Below are positions 47,874-60,851 of a DNA stretch of 64,000 nucleotides, piece by piece. The stretch lies in NCBI GenBank assembly GCA_030141605.1, contig JAQGDQ010000533.1:62001-126000 (forward strand), read 5' to 3'. Below the pieces are notes generated by a model. It worked only from the letters and a program-made list of their open reading frames with translations, made no database searches and was not told the DNA's origin. Every line of letters starts with the position of its first letter. The stretch's first letter is position 1. This DNA is from Tubiluchus corallicola (taxonomy: Eukaryota > Animalia > Priapulida). The position numbers and the translations under genes were made by a program.

Positions 47874-50800
47874 TTATACGGTAAAGGTTCGTCCTCGGAA
47901 CGGTTCCATTACTCCATCCGGAGACCGTTCCTTTGCCTCCTTTTTCAGCAGATTGAATGCCATTCTTAGGCGGGATTTTTCCTTCGGAGGACTGCAATGG
48001 TCCTGACTTCTGTACCGATCCAACCTCTTGTTCCAATTGCGGACCGTCCGGTAGGCATTCTCAAAAACGACGGCAATGCCAGATATGTCCTCGCTGGCGG
48101 CAACTTCGAAGAAAAGGCATTTGATGCGATTGGCCAGTGCTGTGCCCTCCTGACGTTCCACCTCTCTCATGTGGCACAAGTCTGACTTGTTGGCCACTAG
48201 GAGGAGTGGAAATTTCTCCTCGTTGCGGACTTCCGCAATGTAATTCTTCATCTTTGGTATGTCCAAGTACGTCTTCCGGTCAGTGACGGAGTACACCAAC
48301 ACGTAAACATCCGCCCATAATATCTGGTCTTCCCATTTGGAATTTGGAAAATCCTAGAAACAATGCAAGAATTTAGAGCTGTCAAGTGGATATCATAGAC
48401 CAAAAAAAGATTAAGTTATTTTTAAGTTAAAAACGCTAAACAATCTCAACGTTTCCTCAAATTAGCTGACATTTCGTGATATTACTATGACACATGTGGT
48501 ATCATTGTGTGACCCACAATAGGTACAGGTGGCGCTGTTGGACTGTGTGACACGCGATAGCTACAGGTGGCGCTGTTGGCCTGTGTGACACACGAGTGGT
48601 ACAGGTGGCGCTGTTGGACTGTGTGCTACAAGGAAGAAATCTCGGACCTGCTCTGCCATGTTAGATTGGTAGCTCAGCTAGTAGAGCATGGGAGTACTAA
48701 TTTCAGGCCTCAGGCTCAAATCCCGACTAGCTGACAATTTTTCAGCATCTCTTTTCTTTAACTGATGACCCGCAATTGGGTCATAATTGTTGTAAAGTGA
48801 ATCGCAATGGTTTATGAACGGTCTGGGGTTCATAGTTTTCGTGACTTTTTTCTGGTGTGTTCGACTTGGCAAATTATGTAGTTTTTATAATTCTCATTCA
48901 AGGTAAACACTGATTTTGAACATCGTAATTAAGAGAGAATAAATGGCTCACTAATTATATTTCCGAAACATTTTTGGAGCATTTGGACAGGTCTACCCTG
49001 AGTGTGAAATAACCCTTTGCTCCTATTGATCGATATAGTTCAACAGGTGAAACTATAATGATGCTGTTTGGTTTCATCAGCAGTCAGCAATGGCAGTTAT
49101 ATAGTGCTCATAAGTAATTCGCTCTTATTTGGTGTTTTATATGGATAATATCAAGAGTTATAGGGCTCTTAATCGGGCGGCTTAGCAGATCGATAATTTT
49201 GGGAGAAACAGTGGCGTTTCTCTAAATGCCGATTGTATTATTGTGAAAACCTGTAGTGTTGTGTATTTTTTATAATCTTTGCATGTTTTAATGCTGGAGC
49301 TGAATGTCTAAGAACTGTTGTGTTGCGCAACTAATGCATAGAAGTAATGCTGCAGTACGGTAAATCAAACTCAAGGTGATTCGTGGAAAAATGCGTTTAT
49401 TTTTATCTCTGTCAAAAAAGAAAGTCGGGGTCAGGGACACAAAAACGTGCATAATTTGTGGCTTCACCCATGCAACAAATGATCAAAAGATTAAAAGGGT
49501 GAGGCGCCAGGCCCAAAATTTTTTTGCCCCAGGGCACCACAAGAACTTGCTACGCCACTGAAACATAACCGTTTACTAGATGGAGGGTGGATTAATAACA
49601 AGTAATGTCACAGAACTATTTATTGCATCAAAGCATTGCTCAATCAATTAAGAATCTACAATGCTCAAAATATTTAGTGTGGAACCGTTCACTCTTGTAA
49701 TCTTAATTCCATCCAATCCTGCTGAACACATTGGAGTTATCCAGAAGGGCAGAGTGCACGTTAAAATGATCCAGGAGCATACCGTCTGCAAGAGACAAGA
49801 GTCCGAACCTTCGATGGTAATGTCACGTGGTAGCCACGTGCCAGGATAATTTACTTGAGCAACGGCCAAAGCTTTTAACTTTATTAATTGAGAAGGAGAC
49901 CTGTTAGACGTGAAATTGAACTGTGCGATTAACTTCAGTGTTTATAATTCCGTAATATTTTACTGACATTTATGTGTCAATAAGATGTCAATTAAAAGAT
50001 AAACATTTGCTGCAAGAGGAGATAATTGGAACAGGCAACCCAGATTTTGACATACCAACCAGTTACCCGCACATGCTTGAAATGCTCATTTATAACATCT
50101 AGTTTACTAGGATGGTTTTATAGAATTACATTAGCCAAGAGAAAACTTTTGTTCTAAATACGCCATTTTAGAAAAACCCCATTATTAATGACCAGCAACA
50201 CGTCCTAGATACGATGCATTTAAAGGATGCGTATACCAAAGCAATCGGTAGTCAGCTATCCAAATTCTTACCCGATTCAGTATTGTTTTTCTTCGAAGTC
50301 TGTGCACGAATATAAATAATTCGGTATTGGTGCAGCACATTTACAACTGGCTGTTTGCTTAAAATCTAATAAACTGTTTATTGTTATGAACCCATAGTGT
50401 GATAGCGCAACTGAGCAAATTAGACTGTAATATTACTGTATAAAAAACTTCCGCTACATTCAAAAAAATCTTATAAAATTATTATGAAATTTAATTCGGA
50501 ATGATTTATCCGTATTATTAAATCAACCAGGGAGTTTTGAAGAATTTTAACATAAAATCTCAGCATAACAGATCAAATTCTTTAAACTTTCTTTGTAAGT
50601 GTTACATCATTTTTTCTGAAAACCTCTGTAGGACAGCTGACATAGTTATTTTTTAAACGCCCCGTATAAATTTATTTCACCCATCACTAGCAGTTATTAT
50701 CCACCACAAGAGTTTACGTGATTTTGAAACACCGTGTACAACTATTAATGTTTTTCCGAAACACCCTGTATAATTGTTAACATTTCGTAAAGACGTGGGT

Positions 50801-53800
50801 GGACAACTACCACCTCCCTCTCCCCCGTCTTGTCTGAACGGGAAAAAAGGGTAAACCATAATCTAAGCAAGTGAAACATGTAATATAATTTGATAATAAT
50901 TAATCGCAATAATCGTTATTATTCAAAAATATTTTTTTACTTTTAGTTATTCGTCAGTGTCGCCATCGTTAATGATGATGTCAAAATGAAGTGTAATCTT
51001 TTGAAGCTGCCCCCACCCTCCCGCTTACTAAATTTACTTCGAGGGATCTTGGGATCACCCCCTGTAACCGTTCATAGGTGATTTGAGACATTGTATTTGT
51101 TCCTCCTACTGTTGTAAGTGACATTACCAGGTTGTATCTCCGACAACCTGCGTGTAAGTGAACATTACCATTTTTCTGAAGCACCCTGTATGAGTGTTAG
51201 CATCACTGTGGGACACCTTGTACAATTATAATAGTATCATTATTACTAGGCACTCCGGGTAAACGTTAACACTTCTGCGTTAACCTGGACATGTGCCAAA
51301 ATTATTGAAAACATTCTGTCACCACCCGTGTGCCCTACCCCTTTCCGCACCTTGTTTTCTGCCTTATTTATTACATCCTATTTGCACACCACATGTCGAA
51401 AAGCGGCTTCATATAAACAGTAATTGTTTACTCGTGGCTTCTTAAATGGCTCCATCTAAACTGTTTTTGTTTGCGCTTAGCAATTTAGACGTCGTCGCTT
51501 TTCAAATGCACTTTTTGAAGCAACCTCGTTTTTCACAGCGTAAATACTCTGCTTTTCAACGCGGGAACTAAATCACTTTTTGTTGATGTTGTGCTGGCTT
51601 CCCGGGCTAGTTTCCCGAGCTGGCCCAAACTTGTGCTAGTAAGGTGGTGGGCAGTGCTTTTAGCAATGTTTCCGTGAGGTTATTTGAAATTTATATCGTT
51701 AAATTTGTAAAGCAAATTTCATTGGTGCTATAATTATATAAGTTGATAGACCGCTCACGAAAGCTCTTGAATTATATACAATTTGAATACAGTCACTACA
51801 TGTTTCACATTACCCCCACTCCAGTCAACATTTAGACGCATGGTTCAAAACCGATCGAGAATCAAATGTGCTAACAGTTTTTCGCGCTTTTAAAGAGAAG
51901 TTCGACTTATTTGGCGAAATAATGCAAATGTTGCTGTTACATCAGAGCTGTTTTTCTACGGAACGCGTTTCAAAGTAGAGTTTCAGCTAGGTTATAATAC
52001 TGGGGAATTTACAGAGCACTCATTTTTCGGAATGAAACGATAAACTGTAAGAGAATCAACCTAGTATCAAAGTGTAAGTATTTAAGATATTATATGCCCA
52101 AAACTGTTTGTGGTGTACTAAGGATTTGTCCATAGTTTGCCAGTTCAAGTTCCCTTATTATTAAATTACTTGTGTGTATAAGTACATAACTATGTGACCA
52201 TGTCAATAAATAAATAAAAATAAATAAATAAACAGATAAATAAATAAACAAATAAATAAATAAACAAATTAATAAATAAATAAGTAAGCAATAAATCAAA
52301 GAATCAGTCAAACAAACAAATAAATAAATGAATAAATAAATAAATAATGAAGCAACCATTCTTTACTGTTAACATTTTCCACCCTATTTATGTTGAGATT
52401 GCGTTCTGTTGTCTTACTTGGTATGCTGGTTAACATACATAATGAGGAGTACGTCATACAATGTGGAGAAGCACCCCTATCATTCATCAACACTTTCGAT
52501 CGTTGACCTATCCCAGGAAACCATGGTATATCGCCGCTGCGTGTCGCTATGTATGCGCTAATATATTAACACGTAAAAGCACAAACACGTCAACAAGTAG
52601 GAATCTTAGGAATGCGCTTCGGTTTACTATAGTGTCACGGGGTAAGAACATTCAGAATATCGCGTAAAGGTACGTTCACACTGCTTTTGCAGTAATTCAT
52701 AGGTCATTGAATTGTAAACGCGTTTTTTCCTCCCGGGCAACGCCTAAAGCCTGGCAAAACTAACTCAGTTAGGCAACACTAACTCCTAACAATAACACTG
52801 TGATTAGTAACACTAGCCAGGTAGCTGTGGATTCTTACCTGCCCAACCGTGTCAAGAATGTACAGAGAAACAGGCTTCCCGTCAACTTCTGATGTGAAAC
52901 TGTGCAGAGATTCTGCAAGTGAAAGAAAAAACAGTGCAACAACAATGGTGACGGCAGCGGCAACAACAACAACAGCAACATGACAATGGCAGTGGTATTA
53001 ACAGTAATAAACAATGACAACAACAACAGCAGCACCAGCAACACGATAATGACTGTGGTATTAACAGTAACAAACAATGACAACAACAAAAGCAGCAACA
53101 CGACAATGGCAGCGGTATTGGCAGTAACAAACAATGAATACAACAACAACAACAAAAGCAGCATGACAACAGCAACAACACGACAATGGAAGCGGTATTG
53201 ACAGTAACAAACAATGACAATTACAACAACAATAATAACAACAAGTACAACAATAACAACAACAGAAGCACAAAGTGTGACAGCAAAAAACGACAACAAA
53301 TGACGATGGCCACAACAACAGCAACCATAAGTGGTGAATGTTAAGGGGCGTATTTGGTGAAGCCCAGGAGGCATATTTAAGCCAGCTCAGCTTCAACTTC
53401 AACTAGGTCAAAAAGCTTGCTCTGTTCTGTGATAGTTCAGGCAAGGATGGAGGCTGCTGTCAGCAGGACACAGTATTAACACTTTCCAGCATTCAGTGAT
53501 TGTGGAAAACATCAACACAGCCTCTTCTCAAAGCAGCGGCAGCAGGTGAAACCCTGGTTCTGCTCTCATAGAAACAGTACAACTAACAGAATGTAATGAA
53601 GCCACGTTGTAGTTGAATGGTAAACATCATAGAGGGCGTTGTATGGGTCTAAGACAAAAGTGAGTTGATTTTTGCTAAGCAAAGCAGCGCTAGAGTTGAT
53701 GAGCACTGAGTAATTAGGGGGGTAGTCGTATATGGAGGTTTTGGGGATGTTTTTTTATGAATGGTTTTTTGAATAAAATGGAGGGTTTTCCAAATTCTTT

Positions 53801-54639
53801 TAGGAGTGGTAAAATTCTCGTAGTCTAATTTTTTGTGCGTACAAGGAAAAACAGTAACACTTCATTCATTCTCTCTTTTTGTCACTCACTCATCCATTCA
53901 TTTATTCATTCACTCATTCATTCATTTATTCATTCACTCATTCATTCAGTCAATCATTCGTTTATTGAATGAATAAATAAATGGATGATTGATGGGTGAC
54001 TGATTGACTGACTGACTTACTGACTGACTGACTTACTGTCTGTCTGTATGACTGATGATTGATTTATTGATTTATTTGTTTGTTCTTTCATTCATTCATT
54101 CAGAGAGAACTTGAAGGTGTGTCACAGGTGAAGGTTTCATTTGGTAAAACAGCCTGGGATAAAGTGGGAATAAGTCTACCCTTTTTTGCTTATTGTGTAC
54201 TTGGAAGGAACTGCAGAAAAGACATTACCTGAAGTCGGCAAGGCAAAAAAGAACACATTAAATTTAACGATAAAAATTAAATGGAATAGTCAAAAGGCTT
54301 TGTAATAAATAAAGCCTAATACATGTACAAGCAAATAAAATATTAGTAGAACACAGTCTAATATGTTATTTTTAAACAGCAAAGCCAATAACCCCAGTAA
54401 TTTGCCTAGTACCAGCTAGTACTAATATAAATTAATCAATTAACTTCTATTGTAAGGCTTTGATTGGAACAATTTAGCTCTGGGGTGTTTTCCTGCGCTG
54501 AGAATAATTACTGCTGAACCACATTGACCTCACGCACGTTTATTCATTGCCCAAATTAGGAAGAAATTAATCAGACACTTACGCAAGCCCGGATCATAGT
54601 CATGTATGAATCGTTTGGTCAGGTATCGTACAATCAGAG
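47874..54639 (-). CDS. Ras-superfamily small GTPase, RERG/RASL11/RASL12 family (5'-partial)
   Basis: Exons 54583-54639 (ALIVRYLTKRFIHDYDPGL, 57 nt), 52839-52912 (SLHSFTSEVDGKPVSLYILDTVGQ, 74 nt) and 47874-48353 (WADVYVLVYSVTD..LLLVANKSDL..FFEVAAS), phases consistent. No CAAX box. The P-loop exon was not found in the window. Confidence 0.92.
48515..48627. repeat. 39-bp tandem repeat x3
   Basis: TACAGGTGGCGCTGTTGG(A/C)CTGTGTG occurs three times. Confidence 0.9.
48664..48735 (+). pseudogene. tRNA-derived sequence (pseudo-tRNA or SINE head)
   Basis: GGTAGCTCAGCTAGTAGAGC (D-arm/A box) and GGCTCAAATCCC (degenerate T-arm/B box). No intact acceptor or anticodon stem. Confidence 0.55.
49188..49560 (-). 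mobile_element. hAT-like element fragment, same family as 40698
   Basis: Ends in CTTGCTACGCCACTG (CAGTGGCGTAGCAAG on minus); internal GTGGCTTCACCCATG is shared with the other copy. Confidence 0.65.
50720..51192 (-). mobile_element. Tc1/mariner-type terminal remnants
   Basis: GAAACACCGTGTA, GAAACACCCTGTA and GAAGCACCCTGTA are TA|CAGGGTGTTTC-type ends. A similar end lies at ~8990. Confidence 0.4.
52930..53326. repeat. (CAA)-rich degenerate minisatellite
   Basis: Recurring GGTATT(A/G)ACAGTAACAAACAATGACAACAAC units. Confidence 0.9.
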
Positions 54640-55346
54640 CTGAAATAGAAACAAAAAAAATTAATATTGAATAAAATTGAATAATAGATTTTACTTAAAA
54701 AAATTTGATTAAAACTAAACAACTATTTAGTTTAATTTTCTTTAAAAAACATTTCTTCTGTAAAGAAATCGTCCAAAATAGAGTTCACAGAAACAGAGCC
54801 ATCTATAGGTCGTATGTTTAACAAAACTTTGTAGTCGATCCGATAAAGAACATCATTCACAGTGTTGCAAATGTTGAAAACAATGCGCCAAGAGAAGAAG
54901 TAGGTGTCTTTGTTGCCATGAAATTATATAAAAATTAAGGTTTTTAGTGAAACGAGATATATAATTGGTTAGAAGTTGTGAGGACACACAGGCTGCAAGT
55001 TGTCCTATGTCAGACAGTGAATAACACTGCCGGCGAAGCATTCGATCCTGCTAAGCAGAATTCGATTAAATGGTCGAGATTGTAATCCATAACTATTGAT
55101 TGTTAGCTGTGAGTTGTGTAAATGAGGAGGATGCAATCATGCATTGAATGTACAAATCAAGTTCAGTCATGTATCCGTGCGAAAGGTCAGGAACGTTCAC
55201 TTGTTTACATGAAACACTAGCTACTGGAAAGTGTTGACATTGAAGCTGCATGTCATCTTCCAACGTGGCTCACGCAAATGTCCGTCACGAGTTTGAAATG
55301 TGGCTTCATATGAAAGAGAGAGCTCTCCTGAGAGTTGCTATCTTAA

Positions 55347-55570
55347 TACGAATAAAACGTTGAATGTCCTTTATATTCTCCGAATAGATTATTTCTTTCT
55401 TTCGGGAGCTTTCGAACTAATGGGTCTCATCAGTTGAATAGACTTGTGCTGCTAACCTGCTAGTTCTACTCTCAGGTTAGCACTTGATGAGGCTTGTTAG
55501 GGCAAAAGCTCCTAGAATAAATAAATAACCTATTTTGAAAATATAAAAGGCATCGAGCGTTTTATTCGTA
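55347..55570. mobile_element. Fold-back Penelope-like remnant with hammerhead ribozyme-like cores
   Basis: Inverted arms TACGAATAAAACG...CGTTTTATTCGTA. Minus 55433-55406 reads CTGATGA-n13-GAAA-GCTC; plus 55484-55511 reads TTGATGA-n13-AAAA-GCTC. Confidence 0.65.
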
Positions 55571-56081
55571 GGTCACGAGTTGCTATATTGGTTTCAAAAT
55601 GGAGTAAGACGAATTCTTTGCGTTGAATAGCCGGTTCGTTGCACTATTAATTTTCAATGTTGTAAGTATGACACTTTAAAAAAACTTGGAATTTGTTAAT
55701 CCTATTGAAACTCAGTTTCTTCGATTTTGAGCGTAGAAATCTTTCAGTATTTCAAACCGAAGAACCGCACGAACGTTAAGTTTTAGATTTGTGTGGTCTG
55801 ACATGTTTAACACGTGCACGCGTAGGTACTAAAAACCAGATAAAAACTCATTTAATCGTTTTATGAACTCTTTTACAGCTGGCTGTATACACGGGAAAAA
55901 TAAAGAGAGCCTCAACGAGTGTTGTGATGCCAGGATAGAAACAGCAGCAACGTCATCAAGTCATCCACAGGAATTTTGAAAAAAAGCTTAATTAGTTAAT
56001 TACTTAATTACGAGGAAATAATTTATATATATGATTTCCTGAAACAGGGGCGTTGCACGTCAAATTGTTCACGCCACAGGC

Positions 56082-56790
56082 CATAAACTAAGCACTCAGT
56101 TCATGGCGGACCCATAAACTATGTATTCAATTGATGGCAGGCAAATAAACCATGTACTCAGTTGATTGCAGGCAAATAAACTACGTACTCAGTTAAAGCA
56201 GGCAAATGAACCATGTACTCAGTTGATAGCAGGCAAACAAACCACGCACTAAGTTGACGAACAGACAAGTAAACCATGTACTCATTTGATCACAGACAAG
56301 TAAACCACGTACTCAGTTGATGGCAGGCAAATAAACTATGTACTCAGTTGATGGCAGGCAAACAAACCACGCACTCAGTTGATTGCTGGCAAGTAAACTA
56401 TGCACTTAGTTGATAGTGGACCCATAAACCAAGTACTCAGTTAATGGCAGGCCCATAAACCATGTACTCAGTTAATGGCAGACCCATGAACCATGTACTC
56501 TGTTGATGGCACACCCATAAACCAAGTACTCAGTTAATGGCAGACCCATAAACCATGTACTCAGTTAATGGCAGACCCATAAACCAAGAACACGTTGGCG
56601 ACAGGCTGTCAGACGTATTCAATTCATGGCAGGCAAATAAGCCACGTACTCAGTTGATGGCAGACTCCAAAACCTTGTACTCAATTGATAGCATGCCAAT
56701 AAATTATTAAATTAAAGTTGATGGCATATAAATGAACCAGTTACTCAGCTGACGACAGACTCATAAATGAAGTACTCAGCTGATGGCCGA
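56082..56790. repeat. 31-bp diverged minisatellite, ~23 copies
   Basis: Consensus ATAAACCATGTACTCAGTTGATGGCAG(G/A)C(A/C)(A/C); period from 56424 and 56455. Confidence 0.93.
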
Positions 56791-57992
56791 CACGCAAACA
56801 GTTATTACCCATCAGTCAGGAGGTGATTCCAATAGGGGTAAATTATTGCTAAAATGGCAACCGGACGTAAAAGAGTTTCAAAATTAATAAGTTGCTTCTA
56901 GCACGAGGTTTATAGCAAAGTAAATTAGCCGCCCTCGCGAGCGACGCCTGAACAAATAATTGTTACAGAAATGACTGAAAATGACAGAAAGTTGACAGCC
57001 TGACGTTGTGAAACTGATCACGTTTTTAATATAGCTAACCGAGCAAAACTTCTCAAAGTGTTACGTTATGATGAATCGGTTTGAGTGCTATCACTGGCAA
57101 AGGCGAGAGTAGTTATGAATTTGGGTTAATACGCCAGTATCTAGGAGATTCGGAGAACCATCCCGTCATTACAGGAATGTTCGATGCGGGAACACAGTAT
57201 ACAGTTATAGTAAAGTAAGTGAATTCCACCAGTTCGCATGATAGACACGATTACTTTCACGTAGATTCAGCTTTGCTTGAAACCAAAAAATGGACAGAGT
57301 AATCTGTTTTAACGGCTACTTTGGACTTTGGAATTGCTACTATCGTACGCAGTTTTTATTAAAAAAGAACGAATTATAATAACAACAAAATTACAATTGA
57401 CGTTGTTATCTAGCTATGCTCCGAAGCTTTTGTTGCCTAACTTTCAAAATAATAAATGTAAATACAGTATCATTAATAAATAAACTAATTTTTTTCTCAC
57501 TAATAATCACCTAGCAGCTCATGCTTTTACATTAACTCAGCCTGTTCAAGCCAGACTGCAACAATCCGTTCCACTATGCTGCGAAGCTATTGCTGCTTAA
57601 CTTTCGAAAGAATTTTTGTAGCGCAGACATCAACCACCTTTGATTAACTAAGGAAGCCGTAGTTCAAACAATGTTGCAAATGATTATAGACACTCGGACG
57701 ATCAAGTAAATAAACGCGGGAAGCTGCACAAGATCTAATAAACCTTCATCTATTCCGCTTATGGCTACTATATAATTACTGTGAAAACCTGCCTAACTAA
57801 GCTTCTTTGGCTGGATTAGTGTAAGTATTTGCCAGAATGCAAGAAACGAGCATAGAAAGGCGTCGACGCTATAAGCAATTATTTATCTCCTTAAATTCTC
57901 CACCATTCGCTCAATATTCTCTCACTACGCTCTTATTCTTCTCACGTTGTTCTCCACTACTCCCTCACAATTCTATTACCATGCTCTCATGG

Positions 57993-58141
57993 TAATAATA
58001 ATAATAATAATAATAAGGATATTGACAATGATAATGATAATAATAATGATAATGACAATGACGACGATGATGATGATTATGATAATCATAATCATAATGA
58101 TGATGATAATAATAATAATAATATTAATAACAACAACAACA
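57993..58141. repeat. (TAA/TGA)n microsatellite
   Basis: Trinucleotide low-complexity run. Confidence 0.9.
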
Positions 58142-58171
58142 ATTTTTATTTAAAGTCAAATAAATCTTCAC

Positions 58172-58300
58172 CATAAATACCACACACCAGACAGGGCACC
58201 ATTTTTAAAGTTTTTTGGTATTTCCCAGCTGTAGTATCGAACTCATGGCCTTCCTAACGAAAAGCATATGCGTTACCACTAGACTATACCGTCTGGTCAA
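58172..58300 (-). mobile_element. tRNA-derived SINE, MetaSINE-like (copy 4)
   Basis: TAAATACCA..CCATTTTTAAAGT..GGTAT..GTATCGAACTCA..GCGTTACCACTAGACTATACCGTCTGGTCA aligns with copies 1 and 3. Confidence 0.7.
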
Positions 58301-58730
58301 TCAGTGTTCTCCTTATTCTCGACTATTTCTTCACAGTTCTCTCACCGTGCTCTTACTATTCTGAGTAGTCACCATAATTTTTTCGCAATTCTACCACTAT
58401 ATTATTATTATTCTCCATTATTATTTTACCATTTTTCACGGTGAAAGAATAATGGAAAATAATCTTCTCACTAATTAATCTCTCACAATGCTCTCTGTTT
58501 CTCACTTTTCTCACTATATTCTTACTATTATTCACATCTGCCTTCTTATTCTCTCATTATACTTTCGCTATTCTCGACTATTCTGTTATCATACTCTTGC
58601 TATTCGCCTGTATTCTCTCACTGTTCTCTCACTATATTGTCATTGTACTCTTATTATTCTCCACTATTCTCTCACTATGCTATTATTCGTCCACTATACT
58701 CACATTATTCGTCATATTCTCACATTGCTC
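58300..58730. repeat. Pyrimidine-rich degenerate (TATTCTCTCAC)-like repeat
   Basis: Recurring CACTATTCTC motifs. Confidence 0.7.
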
Positions 58731-59551
58731 CTGGTAAATACGTTCACAATCTAGTTTTTTCATTATTTTACTTTGTTTAGGGGACGCCACCTCTTTGCAG
58801 ACCCACTGAGAGACCTGGAATGCAGGCGTAAAATTCTGAAAGCAAGAGCAGCGTTAATGACTGCATGAAGCCACCTAATTGCTAGTCTCAAACTCTCTGG
58901 GGCACTTGGCTTCTTTTCGAGGTTTTCAAATGGTAATAATCACGTGACATTAGGAGAAAAGTTGAAGCGCGAAAACTGTTTAGATCTTCTCAAAATTAGC
59001 GGTAAACCTGGTAAAATTACTTTCGTAAAAATAGCCGTAAAAATTACAGGTCTATTGGTTCAACAGTCTATTCAGAATGAAAGTGATTGTCGAAGAACTT
59101 TATCCAAACGGTTTTAAGAATATAATTCCACGAAAAGGATCTCATTTATTCTCAGTACAATTTCTCTGCTTGTTCATAGGTCAAACCAGGCCCACGATTC
59201 AGTCGTGGTGCCTCAGTGTCTCAGGTTATAAAATTATCCTTGTAATGACATAAGTTCCGGGACCACCACATTACCTTTTATCAGGACAAAAAATTTTAAA
59301 CAGGTAGTTTTGCCTTGAGCGTTGATTCAAGCTAGATGTATTAAAAACTGCTCTAAACGTGCGAATTAATAGGTGAACGAACAGATACACGAATGAAGGA
59401 ACGGCTGAATGCAAGAACGAACAAATGAACCAGTAAATAGATGAAGAAATTCATCTGCGAATCAGTCATTTTCCCTCGTCATTTCGTCTTTGCTGTTGCA
59501 GTTGCTGCTGGCTTGTCGATGACTCGTTAGTTATTACACTGATGTTGTGTT

Positions 59552-59777
59552 ATCACCATTACATGATCATTGCTGCCACCATCACTAACATCGTTAATTG
59601 CAAGTTTGTCACCATCATCGACAACATGGTCATGAGCGTCATCATCATCACGGTCATCATCGTCTCATCGTCATCATTATCACGGTCATCATCGTCGGCG
59701 TCATCATCATCGTCGTCGTCATGATCGTCATCGTGATTGTCCTCATCGTCATGATCGTTAACATTATCATCATCATC
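59552..59777. repeat. (CAT/CGT)n degenerate microsatellite
   Basis: Trinucleotide low complexity. Confidence 0.9.
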
Positions 59778-60288
59778 TAATTTACTAAGCTGAATTTTCA
59801 GCGATTGTTGAAAATGCACATTTAAGGCTTTATTTGTTCTAGGTAGCAGCGCATAATAATAATAATGACCATGATGAAGCCAAGTACGCGGGCTTCATTA
59901 TAAAACGTCTGTTTGTTCAGGAAAAGTCAGCAAATTTCCGTGACTGTCATTCACAAAACGTAATTCTCATTGTACAACAGACAGACCCATCATCAGCTTC
60001 ATTATCAACATGTCGGGAAGAGGCTGAGGATAAAACAGCGGTTGCTAAGCGGTGAAAGAGCACTAATGCACCTGTAAAATTTTACCTGCAAGCTTCATTA
60101 ACGAGATTCAGGTGACATCAGGTGCGTCTGTGACTTTAGACGTCTCCTCCAGAACAAATTGACATTTCTAAGACGTTTTGAAGTTAAAAAAGATCTGACA
60201 GACAGCTCACTGGCTTTCACTTCCAAAGAGTACTTTAAAAGAGTGTTTTGAAACTAATGTCATTTCAGATTAATTTAAGACAGAACAA

Positions 60289-60851
60289 TTAAAGGAAAAC
60301 AGAACCCTATTTTAAACTATAGCTCAAGACAATCTGAACATTGCAAGGGAACATATCGTTTTTATTACAGCAGAAACTTGATTTCGCCTTGAGGCTAGTT
60401 GTTTTCTGTTACATGCATTTCGCCATTCGCTACTTAGATGGGTAATAAACAAAGAACGGGCGCCGTAGCCTTCAGTTCAGATGTAGTTCAGTTGTGATGT
60501 GGTGCACACGTTAGAGAGCTAATGCGTGAGCACTGCGATAAACATGAAATTTAAATTTAAAACTCAAAGCTTGCCGAGTTTTTGTATATCACGTAGAACT
60601 TTCTGCAGTAGCACTGTACAATTTTCGCTTTCACGTGTGAACACGTGCAACTCGTGGTATGTTTAATTTGTTTATGCTGTTGAAAATTATGTTCAGTTGT
60701 GACGTTGGCTCGGCTTCACGACAGTTAATTAAGTTTTAACCCATTATTTAATTACTAGAAACACTTTGGCATTATTACAGGTGTTAAAATGTATATTTTA
60801 CGTATTTCAAAATGGGATAGGATACAAAAAAAAGATCCTGTTTTCCTTTAA
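60289..60851 (+). mobile_element. MITE family C, uninterrupted copy
   Basis: TTAA|AGGAAAACAG ... CTGTTTTCCT|TTAA; collinear with 5280-6479. Confidence 0.85.

Noticed and set aside
48664-48735. Functional tRNA gene
   Set aside because: The T-loop GGTTCGA is mutated and the acceptor and anticodon stems do not pair.
52835-53402. Cys-rich or hydrophobic ORFs resembling metallothionein or TM proteins
   Set aside because: Translations of a (TTG)n-rich minisatellite; only 52839-52912 is a real exon, in another frame.
59559-59819. Poly-Asp or poly-His ORFs as biomineral proteins
   Set aside because: (CAT)n microsatellite translations with no signal peptide or splice structure.
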